DNA of 45,169 nt from Dehalococcoidales bacterium. Its GTDB lineage: Bacteria > Chloroflexota > Dehalococcoidia > Dehalococcoidales > RBG-16-60-22. A program made the position numbers and the translations under genes. The notes beneath the pieces were generated by a model that was not told where the DNA came from, ran no database searches, and was given only the letters and a program-made list of their open reading frames with translations. The DNA lies in the NCBI GenBank assembly GCA_035529715.1, contig DATKWF010000113.1:1-45169 (forward strand), read 5' to 3'. Below, in pieces: positions 36,301-43,885 of this stretch; the stretch's first letter is position 1; every line of letters begins with the position of its first letter.

Positions 36301-36571
36301 CCAAATTCGGCAACAACGCGTCGGGCCTTTCTTTTTCAATTATCTGGGTCATTGTCTCAACGTTTAGCGGCTCAATATAGGTCACATCTGCCATCCCGGG
36401 GTCGGTCATGATGGTTGCCGGGTTTGAATTCACCAGCAAAATCTCATAACCCAGGCTGCGGAGGGCTTTACAGGCCTGGGTGCCGGAGTAGTCAAATTCA
36501 CAGGCCTGCCCAATTACGATGGGTCCTGAGCCGATTATCATTATTTTTTTGATATCGTTTCTTTTCGGCAT
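33371..36571 (-). CDS. carB: Carbamoyl-phosphate synthase large subunit
   Basis: A 1066-aa product with a duplicated ATP-grasp architecture. N-terminus is [25 protein letters not shown] and the second-half repeat is [25 protein letters not shown]. The C-terminus is an MGS-like domain. Confidence 0.95.
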   Translation of the reverse strand: [1066 protein letters not shown]

Positions 36572-36755
36572 TGGTGGTGCCTCCGGTTTTATTCAGGCAG
36601 ATATCAGGAATTCTATTTCCGGGTGTACTATCTGTGCCTAATCTACCATTCGGCTCTTAATTTAGTGGGGGGTGATAAGATGGAAGCCAGGATTTCCCGG
36701 CGCTGACTTGAAGTTGAGTTATTTAGCCTCAGACCGGTTACGGCAACCCACTGTT

Positions 36756-36764
36756 ATTATAACA
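36756..36764 (-). promoter_or_regulatory. Candidate extended -10 element (TGtTATAAT on the minus strand) upstream of carB
   Basis: The minus strand reads TTGTTATAATAAC. If used, it implies a ~180-nt carB leader. This is pattern evidence only. Confidence 0.3.
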
Positions 36765-36820
36765 AATTGTGGTTCTTAAGTAAAGGGTCTTATAATTACG
36801 GGAAATTTAGCTTTAAAAAG

Positions 36821-36896
36821 TGGCGCGCCTAGAGGGAATCGAACCCACGACCCTCGGTTCCGAAGACCGATGCTCTGTCCGCTGAGCTATAGGCGC
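36821..36896 (-). tRNA. tRNA-Arg (anticodon TCG), CCA encoded
   Basis: The minus strand folds by hand as follows. Acceptor is GCGCCTA/TAGGCGC. D arm is GCTC-AGCGGACA-GAGC. Anticodon stem is TCGGT/ACCGA with loop CTTCGGA. T arm is GTGGG-TTCGATT-CCCTC, with one U-U mismatch. The 3' end is G-CCA. Confidence 0.85.
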
Positions 36897-36906
36897 CCAA
36901 ATAAAA

Positions 36907-36983
36907 TGGGGTGAGTGGAGGGATTCGAACCCTCGATCTCCAGGGCCACAACCTGGCGCCTTAACCACTAGGCGACACTCACC
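36907..36983 (-). tRNA. tRNA-His (anticodon GTG) with genome-encoded G-1 and CCA
   Basis: The minus strand folds by hand as follows. G-1 is followed by acceptor GTGAGTG/CACTCAC, with C73 opposite G-1. Anticodon stem is CCAGG/CCTGG with loop TTGTGGC. T arm is GAGGG-TTCGAAT-CCCTC. Confidence 0.9.
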
Positions 36984-37059
36984 ATAATGAATTACAGAAG
37001 AATTATAGCTGAAAATGCTTGTTCTTTCAATGTATTCGGGTTGCTGATTGAGCCAGTAG

Positions 37060-37344
37060 CTATTTGTCGGACAGCTGGACTATGGTGACTCCGTATCCCC
37101 CCTCCCCGTAACCACCAGTCCGGTAGGATTTGACCAGAGAATGGGTGGCGAGTCGTTCCTGAACTACCCGGCGCAGTGTGCCGGTGCCTTTGCCGTGAAT
37201 TACCCTGACCTGGTACAGGCCGGACATAAAAGCATCATTGAGGTACTGGTCAAGTTTCAATAACGCTTCATCCACCGTGAGATGGCGGAGGCGTACTTCA
37301 TCTGTGACTGGTGTTATATTCCGGCGACTTTTATCCTGGTGCAT
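37060..37344 (-). CDS. Stand-alone Smr (small MutS-related) domain protein
   Basis: A 94-aa product. LTVDEALLKLDQYLNDA...VRVIHGKGTGTLRRVV...H fits the Smr-domain pattern (the LDLHG-type position followed by HGKGTG). Confidence 0.75.
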   Translation of the reverse strand: MHQDKSRRNITPVTDEVRLRHLTVDEALLKLDQYLNDAFMSGLYQVRVIHGKGTGTLRRVVQERLATHSLVKSYRTGGYGEGGYGVTIVQLSDK

Positions 37345-37349
37345 TGTGG

Positions 37350-37378
37350 TTAACCCACACTGATTTTAGCACTATAAA
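37350..37378 (+). promoter_or_regulatory. Candidate plus-strand promoter (TTAACC-17-TATAAA) reading into the structured smr-uvrA intergenic segment
   Basis: TTAACC at 37350-37355 and TATAAA at 37373-37378, with a 17-nt spacer. The predicted start is near 37385, just upstream of the first 16-nt direct repeat. This is pattern evidence only, and it overlaps the smr upstream region. Confidence 0.3.
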
Positions 37379-37390
37379 CCGAAGTGAGAC

Positions 37391-37674
37391 AAACAGACTG
37401 ACACTGCCTCATTTTTGTTTTTTATTGGGTGACCTCACCCCCTGTGTCCCCCTCTCCTTATTAAGGAGGGGGGAGGGTTTTGGGAAGAGGGGCGAAGCCC
37501 CTCTTGGATGCCCCAACCTTATTAGATTAGAGCAAGAAAAGTTAAAGAGAGGGACGAAGTCTCTCTTATATAACCAGTCCCCCTTCCCCTTATCGAGGGG
37601 AAGGGGGATAAAGGGGGAAGGGGTTAATTATAAAATCCAGAGGAGCCAGGCAATAAGTAAACAGACTGACACTG
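37391..37674 (+). repeat. Structured intergenic element: two perfect 16-nt direct repeats (AAACAGACTGACACTG) bracketing 252 bp that contain at least four G/C-rich hairpins
   Basis: The direct repeats lie at 37391-37406 and 37659-37674. The hairpins lie at 37449-37473, 37485-37505, 37547-37567 and 37579-37607. See findings. Confidence 0.7.
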
Positions 37675-37700
37675 TTGCCTTGTTGCGCTTGAGTTCTTAA

Positions 37701-37709
37701 TGATACAAT
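37701..37709 (+). promoter_or_regulatory. Candidate extended -10 promoter for uvrA (TGaTACAAT)
   Basis: TGATACAAT lies 26 nt upstream of the uvrA ATG, with GGTAGGGGA as a possible SD in between. Confidence 0.35.
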
Positions 37710-37734
37710 AATTTTGGTAGGGGATTTTTAAGAT

Positions 37735-40581
37735 ATGCCGTTAGATGCCATTGTTGTCAAAGGGGCCCGGGAGCACAACCTCAAAAATATAAATGTGGTT
37801 ATCCCTCGTGACAAGCTGGTGGTTATTACCGGGGTTTCCGGCTCCGGTAAAAGCTCGTTAGCCTTTGATACCATCTATGCCGAAGGACAGCGCCGCTATG
37901 TAGAGTCACTGTCTGCCTATGCCCGCCAGTTTCTGGGCAGGATGGAGAAGCCCGAGGTTGACTATATTGAAGGGTTAAGCCCGGCTATCTCTATTGACCA
38001 GAAGGGGCCGAGTCGGAATCCGCGCTCCACCGTGGGCACCGTCACCGAGATTTATGATTACCTGAGGCTGCTTTTTGCCCGGGTCGGTCATCCTCACTGC
38101 CCCAGGTGCGGGCGTGAGATTACCATGCAGACGGTGCAGCAGATTGTTGATGCCATTCAGGGTCTCCCGCAGGACAGCCGTATCATGATTCTGGCACCAC
38201 TGATCAGGGACCGCAAGGGTGAGTATCAGGCGGTGTTTGATGACCTGCGCAAGGCGGGTTATGTCAGGGTGCGGGTCGACGGGCAGATACATGACCTGTC
38301 TGATGAGTTCCAACTGGATAAGAACAAGAAGCACTCTATTGAAGCGGTGGTGGACAGGCTGGTCATCGGGCAGAGTGGAGATAAGAGTCGCATTGCCGAT
38401 TCGGTAGAGACGGCTCTCAAGCTTGGGGCGGGGGTGGTGCTGGTAGTCATTATTGATGGGGAAGAATTGCTCTTCTCCGAGCATTTTGCCTGTGTACACT
38501 GCGGCATCAGCCTAGGTGAGATTGCCCCCCGCACCTTCAGCTTTAACAGCCCCCACGGCGCCTGTCCCGCCTGTTCTGGTCTCGGGGTGAAGCTGGAAAT
38601 AGACCCTGAGATGGTCATTCCCAACAGGGAACTTCCTATTGCTCAGGGAGCGATTCGCCCCTGGCAGTTCTCCTCATGGTACTCCTACCAGCTTGAGTCT
38701 CTGGCACAGCGCCACGGTTTTTCACTGCGCACCCCGGTAAAGGATTTGGATGAAGAACATTTTAACCTTATCCTTTACGGGGATGGGAGCGAGCCTTACC
38801 GGTATCGGAACCGCTTCGGCAGAGTTAGAGAATATTATAATGATTTTGAAGGGGTGATTCCCCGCATGGAGCGACTCTACCGTGATACCGAGTCGGAGCA
38901 GTCACGGGCCGATATTGAGCGCTATATGGTATCCAGGCTATGCCCCGTTTGTGAGGGCAAGCGACTTAAGCCGGAGTCTCTGGCGGTGACCATTGGCGGC
39001 AGCAATATTGTGGAGGTCAGCTCAATGTCGGTGATTCAGGCACTGGGATGGGCAACTACCATCGGTGATAGTGTCCTCAATGAGCGGGAGAAGGTAATTG
39101 CCCACCAGATTCTCAAAGAGATTCAGGCCCGGCTTGGCTTTCTGGAGGAGGTTGGCCTGGATTACCTTACCATTGACCGTGCCTCGGCTACTTTGAGCGG
39201 TGGCGAGGCACAGCGGATTCGCCTGGCAACCCAGATTGGCAGCGGGCTGATGGGTGTGCTTTACATCTGTGATGAACCGACGGTGGGTCTGCATCCGGCT
39301 GATGATGCCCGTCTTATTGGGACCCTTAAACGGCTGAAGGACCTGGGCAACACGATACTGGTCGTGGAGCATGACGAAGCCATGATGCGGGCGGCTGACC
39401 ATATTATTGATATGGGTCCCGGAGCCGGGGAGCACGGGGGACGAATTATGGCCACCGGCAGTTTGACCGATATCATGGATAGTAAGCAGTCAATAACTGG
39501 GCAGTATCTCAGCGGAGAGAAGCGGATTCCTTTGCCAAGTAAACGCCGCCTTGGTAATGGTGAGGAATTGGTAATAAAAGGGGCAAGGCAAAACAACTTA
39601 AAGAATATAGATGTTAATATTCCACTGGGCAAGTTTGTTTGTATCACCGGGGTTTCCGGCAGTGGCAAGAGCACCCTGATTGATGAAATCCTGCACAAAA
39701 AGCTGGCCCAGATATTCTATCAGTCAAGGGAGAAGGCAGGCGATTGCGATGGTATTGCCGGTGTGAAGTATATTGATAAGGTGGCCAATATTGACCAGTC
39801 CCCCATAGGGCGCACTCCGCGAAGTAATCCAGCTACCTATACCGGCACCTTTACCCCGCTTCGTGAGCTTTTTGCCACTGTTCCCGAGGCTCGGATGAGG
39901 GGCTATGCGCCGGGGCGGTTCTCGTTCAATGTCAAGGGTGGGCGTTGTGAAGCCTGTCGTGGCGAGGGATTTATTCAGATTGAGATGCAGTTCTTGCCTG
40001 ATGTAACCGTTCCCTGTGAGGTATGCAAGGGGAAGCGCTATAACCGGGAGGCGCTGGAAATCAGGTTTAAGGGCAAGAATATTGCCGAAGTGCTGGATAT
40101 GACGGTGGAACAGGCCCTGTCTTTCTTTGAACACTTTCCCAGGGTGAAGGGTAAACTGCAGACCCTGAACGATGTAGGACTGGGCTATATTCGCCTTGGC
40201 CAGCCGGCACCCACCCTCTCCGGCGGTGAGGCGCAAAGGGTGAAGCTTGCCACCGAGTTGTCAAAGCGCTCTACGGGCAGAACTCTGTATATTCTTGATG
40301 AGCCTACCACCGGGCTCTCTTTTGAGGATGTGGCGGCACTGCTCCGGGTGCTGCAGCGTCTGGTCAGTGCTGGCAATACGGTGATTGTCATTGAGCATCA
40401 CCTGGATGTGATTAAGAATGCCGATTATATTATTGACCTCGGTCCTGGCGCAGGCGACCGTGGTGGCTATGTGGTGGCTACAGGGACTCCTGAAGAAATA
40501 GCGCTGGTGAAGACTTCAGCCACCGGACAGTATTTAGGCAGGGTGCTGGCTAAAAATATTGAGCCAGCTTTAACCGGTTAA
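37735..40581 (+). CDS. uvrA: Excinuclease ABC subunit A
   Basis: A 948-aa product with two ABC modules ([14 protein letters not shown] and [13 protein letters not shown]; [12 protein letters not shown] and [12 protein letters not shown]) and Cys4 zinc modules (CPRCGRE, CVHCG...[20 protein letters not shown]...CEVCKGKR). Confidence 0.95.
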   Translation: MPLDAIVVKGAREHNLKNINVVIPRDKLVVITGVSGSGKSSLAFDTIYAEGQRRYVESLSAYARQFLGRMEKPEVDYIEGLSPAISIDQKGPSRNPRSTVGTVTEIYDYLRLLFARVGHPHCPRCGREITMQTVQQIVDAIQGLPQDSRIMILAPLIRDRKGEYQAVFDDLRKAGYVRVRVDGQIHDLSDEFQLDKNKKHSIEAVVDRLVIGQSGDKSRIADSVETALKLGAGVVLVVIIDGEELLFSEHFACVHCGISLGEIAPRTFSFNSPHGACPACSGLGVKLEIDPEMVIPNRELPIAQGAIRPWQFSSWYSYQLESLAQRHGFSLRTPVKDLDEEHFNLILYGDGSEPYRYRNRFGRVREYYNDFEGVIPRMERLYRDTESEQSRADIERYMVSRLCPVCEGKRLKPESLAVTIGGSNIVEVSSMSVIQALGWATTIGDSVLNEREKVIAHQILKEIQARLGFLEEVGLDYLTIDRASATLSGGEAQRIRLATQIGSGLMGVLYICDEPTVGLHPADDARLIGTLKRLKDLGNTILVVEHDEAMMRAADHIIDMGPGAGEHGGRIMATGSLTDIMDSKQSITGQYLSGEKRIPLPSKRRLGNGEELVIKGARQNNLKNIDVNIPLGKFVCITGVSGSGKSTLIDEILHKKLAQIFYQSREKAGDCDGIAGVKYIDKVANIDQSPIGRTPRSNPATYTGTFTPLRELFATVPEARMRGYAPGRFSFNVKGGRCEACRGEGFIQIEMQFLPDVTVPCEVCKGKRYNREALEIRFKGKNIAEVLDMTVEQALSFFEHFPRVKGKLQTLNDVGLGYIRLGQPAPTLSGGEAQRVKLATELSKRSTGRTLYILDEPTTGLSFEDVAALLRVLQRLVSAGNTVIVIEHHLDVIKNADYIIDLGPGAGDRGGYVVATGTPEEIALVKTSATGQYLGRVLAKNIEPALTG

Positions 40582-40645
40582 TTATAGGATACTGGACTTA
40601 TTCTGATTTTACCTGTAAAATTGATTAGAAGTGAGGAAGGAGCCA

Positions 40646-41197
40646 ATGGATCGGGAAGAAGTACTTGACTCGGTTAGAGCTAATGTAGAAAACGGAAATC
40701 TGGTGAAGCATATGCTGGCTACCGAGGCTATTATGCAGGCTCTAGCCAGGCGCTTCGGTGAGAGTGAGGAGGAGTGGGGTCTTACCGGACTGCTGCATGA
40801 TATAGATGTGGAACTCACCGAAGGAGACATGTCCAGCCATAGTAAGCTGGGAGCTGACCTGGCGCGGGAGCTTGGTGCGAGTGAAACTATGGCTCATGCC
40901 ATCATTGCCCATAATGAGAGGCATGGTGTGCCACTGGAGACCAAGCTTGATAAGGCTTTGTTCTGTACTGACCCGCTAACTGGCTTAATCACGGCGGCTG
41001 TCCTGGTTCGTCCTGATAAGAAACTGGCTGGTCTTGAGGCGAATTCAGTGCAGAAAAGATATAAGGAAAAAAGTTTTGCCGCCGGCGCGAATCGGGAACA
41101 GATTGCCTCATGCAGTGAAATAGGGATTGAGCTTGATGTGTTCATTGAGCTGGGGCTGAAGGCAATGAAGGAAATTGCGGCAGAGCTGGGTCTGTAA
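40646..41197 (+). CDS. Small HD-domain phosphohydrolase
   Basis: HD motif (LLHDIDVE) with an upstream H (LVKHMLATE) and a downstream IIAHNERH. ATG at 40646 follows GAGGAAGGAG; the ORF-track GTG at 40631 is less likely. Confidence 0.7.
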   Translation: MDREEVLDSVRANVENGNLVKHMLATEAIMQALARRFGESEEEWGLTGLLHDIDVELTEGDMSSHSKLGADLARELGASETMAHAIIAHNERHGVPLETKLDKALFCTDPLTGLITAAVLVRPDKKLAGLEANSVQKRYKEKSFAAGANREQIASCSEIGIELDVFIELGLKAMKEIAAELGL

Positions 41198-41201
41198 CTC
41201 G

Positions 41202-43772
41202 CTAGCTCACTGACAGTGTTGAGCCTTCAGCAGTTTTGATAACGTCAATTCGGGTAGGGAAGGCATCTCTGAATTCCTCGATGTGAGTAATGACAATTAT
41301 CTTGTCAAAGTCGTCTTGAATGGAGTTTATCGCCTCTTTTACTTTCTCAATGCCGGTACTGTCCTGGGTGCCAAAACCTTCGTCAATGATTAGGGTAGGG
41401 AGTGGTGCGCCGGCGCGCCTGGCTAATAACTTGGAAAGGGCAACCCGTATAGCAAAGTTGATGCGAAAGGCTTCACCCCCGCTGAACATTTCATAATTGC
41501 GCATTCCCAGTTCGTCGGAGATATTGATATCCAGAGTCTCAATAACATCACCTTTCTTTGATTCCCGCTGGGTTTCAAACTTCACATGCATTCTGTTGTC
41601 CGTCATGCGGCCCAGCAGTCTGTTGGCTTCAACTTCAATTTCAGGCAGCGCTGTTTCAATGAGCATAGCCTGTATGCCTCCCTTGCCGAAGGCTTTGGCC
41701 AGTTCTTTGTAAATACTCTCCTGCTTTGAAGTTTGAGTTACCAGGCTTTCCTTTTCCTTCTTTTTTGCTTCCAGTTCGGAGCAGTGCTCCAGCTTTGCCT
41801 TCACGCTCCACAGTGTTTCCTGGGCTTGCTTTTGTTGTATAGCTGTCGTCTGGTGCTCGGCTTCCGCCTGAGCGACGTCATTGACCATCTGGGGGAGTAA
41901 GGTAAGTTCTGTGGTCAGAACCTGTCTTTTCTGGGTATCCGCTGCCAGGCTTTGCCGCAGTTCTTGAGTGGCTAACTCAGCTTTTGCGGTTGCCTCCTTT
42001 TCCTGACTGATGAGACGGTCGGCTTCTTCCAGCTTTTGCTTGGGGCTCTCATACTGCTGCAGGTTTGATAGCTGTTGCCGCGCCTGTTCGTGTCGCTCTG
42101 AATTGTAGTCGAGCCTGTCTAATTCACCTTCAACCTTCCCCAGCGCTTCCTGCTCAATGGTGGCAAAGTCCTTTCTGGCCAGGCGCAGTTCAACTTCATC
42201 TAACTTTTCCTTTTCGGCGACCAACTGCTTGGCTGCCTCCTCGGATTCAGCCATCTCTTTCCTGATGATGCCAGCTTGGCTTTGCACCGAGATTTTTTCC
42301 TGGTTTAGCGGTGCTTCCATTTGTGCTATTTCTTTTTCCAGTGACTCGAGTTCCACTTTCTTCTGCGCTATCTCATCCTGATTTGATTTCAGATAATCGG
42401 ATTTGCTCTGTCTTTCGGCAGCATATTTTGACTCAATGAGCTTCAGACTGTTTATCTCCAGCTCCCTTTCGCACAGGGGGCATTTAGCCTCGGTCTGGGC
42501 GGACAGCAGGTCAAGTTTTCCGGCTATTTCCTTTATGTCCTTCTCAAGCTGGTTTTTACTGGATTCCAGGTAATTGATCTGGGTCTGCAGTTCCCTGCCG
42601 GCCTGTTTTTTCCGGCTCAGTGTCTCTTCCTGCTCCGCCATCTGGCGCAGCTGGACCTGAAGCTGCTGCAGCTGGTCTTTGAGCCGGGGCATTTGCTGCG
42701 ACTCGGTTTCCAGTCTGCTAATTTCATTTTGCATCAGGGCATGGTCTTTGACCAGGGTTGCCTGGGCGCTATCAATAGCGGATATTAGCTGACTTTTGCG
42801 CTCGTTTAGCTTGACCAGCACCCCTAACTTTTGGTTGAGCTCATCGTTTAATTTTTTCGCCTCAGTAAATTGAGCATACCCTTTTTCTATGGTAACCCGC
42901 CGGGCGATTAGCTCCTGATACTCTTTGATTCGTGAGTGATGCTGTTTAATCTGTTCGTCTAAGAGCTCCAGGCTTCTTTCCCGCTCTCTTATGTGTGATT
43001 CCAGCTGGTCCAGTTGTATCTTCTTCCTTTCTAGCACCTCTTTTTCCTGCCGCAGCTTATTCAGCCTTGATTCTTTCTCCTTGGTTGCCTTCTCTATCTG
43101 GGAGAGTTCGCTCTGTGCCTTTTCAAACTCAGCCTGGTAGGTCGGTTTTTGGGCTAACTCGCCAATGATTTCCTGGATGGTGCTTTCCAGCTGTGCCTTA
43201 TCCGCTTCCTGTTGCTTGGCTAACTCCTTAGCCTGTGCTTCAAGCTCATCATATATGGAGAGTCCCAGGATATCGGCTAGGACCTCTTTGCGCTCTGTCG
43301 GTCGTTTGATGGTGAACTCGTCAGCGTTGCCCTGCCGCAGGAAGGCGCTGTTAATAAAGGTGTGGTAGTCCATATGCAGAATATCAATAATATTCTGCTG
43401 GGTCTGAGCAATGGTGTTATCGCTGATTGGCCTGAAACCGTCCCCGGTAGCTATCTGGAGTTCCAGCAGGGGCTGTCCTGATGCCCCCTGCCGCTTGGGC
43501 TTGGAGCGCTTGCGGATGATGCGGTAAGTTTGCTGCCCGACAGCGAAGTCGAACTCCACCTCCATTTCGCTCTGCCCGGAGTGAATCAGGTCGTCGTCGC
43601 TTTTTGCCCGGGCCTGCCCCCACAGTGCCCAGGTCATGGCATCAATCAGTGCTGATTTACCGTTGCCGTTATCGCCGGATAGACAGGTGGTATGAATACC
43701 GTCAAATTGGAGTGGGGGCACGTTATCCCGGTAGCACATGAAATTATGCATCTTTAGCTTGACGGGAATCAT
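41202..43772 (-). CDS. SbcC/Rad50-like SMC-family ATPase with a zinc hook; no adjacent SbcD/Mre11
   Basis: N-terminal Walker A (LSGDNGNGKSALIDAMTWALWG), a long heptad-rich coiled coil with a central CPLCERE hook, and a C-terminal signature plus Walker B (FSGGEAFRINFAIRVAL..., TLIIDEGFGTQD, IIVITH). Confidence 0.85.
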   Translation of the reverse strand: MIPVKLKMHNFMCYRDNVPPLQFDGIHTTCLSGDNGNGKSALIDAMTWALWGQARAKSDDDLIHSGQSEMEVEFDFAVGQQTYRIIRKRSKPKRQGASGQPLLELQIATGDGFRPISDNTIAQTQQNIIDILHMDYHTFINSAFLRQGNADEFTIKRPTERKEVLADILGLSIYDELEAQAKELAKQQEADKAQLESTIQEIIGELAQKPTYQAEFEKAQSELSQIEKATKEKESRLNKLRQEKEVLERKKIQLDQLESHIRERERSLELLDEQIKQHHSRIKEYQELIARRVTIEKGYAQFTEAKKLNDELNQKLGVLVKLNERKSQLISAIDSAQATLVKDHALMQNEISRLETESQQMPRLKDQLQQLQVQLRQMAEQEETLSRKKQAGRELQTQINYLESSKNQLEKDIKEIAGKLDLLSAQTEAKCPLCERELEINSLKLIESKYAAERQSKSDYLKSNQDEIAQKKVELESLEKEIAQMEAPLNQEKISVQSQAGIIRKEMAESEEAAKQLVAEKEKLDEVELRLARKDFATIEQEALGKVEGELDRLDYNSERHEQARQQLSNLQQYESPKQKLEEADRLISQEKEATAKAELATQELRQSLAADTQKRQVLTTELTLLPQMVNDVAQAEAEHQTTAIQQKQAQETLWSVKAKLEHCSELEAKKKEKESLVTQTSKQESIYKELAKAFGKGGIQAMLIETALPEIEVEANRLLGRMTDNRMHVKFETQRESKKGDVIETLDINISDELGMRNYEMFSGGEAFRINFAIRVALSKLLARRAGAPLPTLIIDEGFGTQDSTGIEKVKEAINSIQDDFDKIIVITHIEEFRDAFPTRIDVIKTAEGSTLSVS

Positions 43773-43856
43773 TCGTCAGTTCCTCATAATGGTTTTGTTT
43801 ACCTATTTTAGCATAATTGGTGATTAAGGGGGCTATAAAAAATTCCTGGTATGGTA

Positions 43857-43885
43857 TTGACAAATGGCATTATATTATCTATAAT
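43857..43885 (+). promoter_or_regulatory. Perfect-consensus sigma-70-type promoter (TTGACA-17-TATAAT), target transcript unknown
   Basis: TTGACA at 43857-43862 and TATAAT at 43880-43885, with a spacer of exactly 17 nt. It lies 190 nt upstream of ffh in the sbcC-ffh divergent intergenic region. Confidence 0.55.

Noticed and set aside
37311-37700. A 129-aa plus-strand ORF spanning the smr-uvrA intergenic region
   Set aside because: It starts inside the smr coding region on the opposite strand and has no SD. Its sequence is simply the read-through of the G/C-rich hairpins (PLSLLRRGEG..., SPFPLSRGRGIKGEG). It is better explained as a structured non-coding element.
37676-37734. A LexA/SOS box upstream of uvrA
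   Set aside because: No CGAAC-N4-GTTCG, AGAAC-N4-GTTCT or CTGT-N8-ACAG type palindrome is present. GAGTTCTTAATGATAC has only one half-site-like GTTC.
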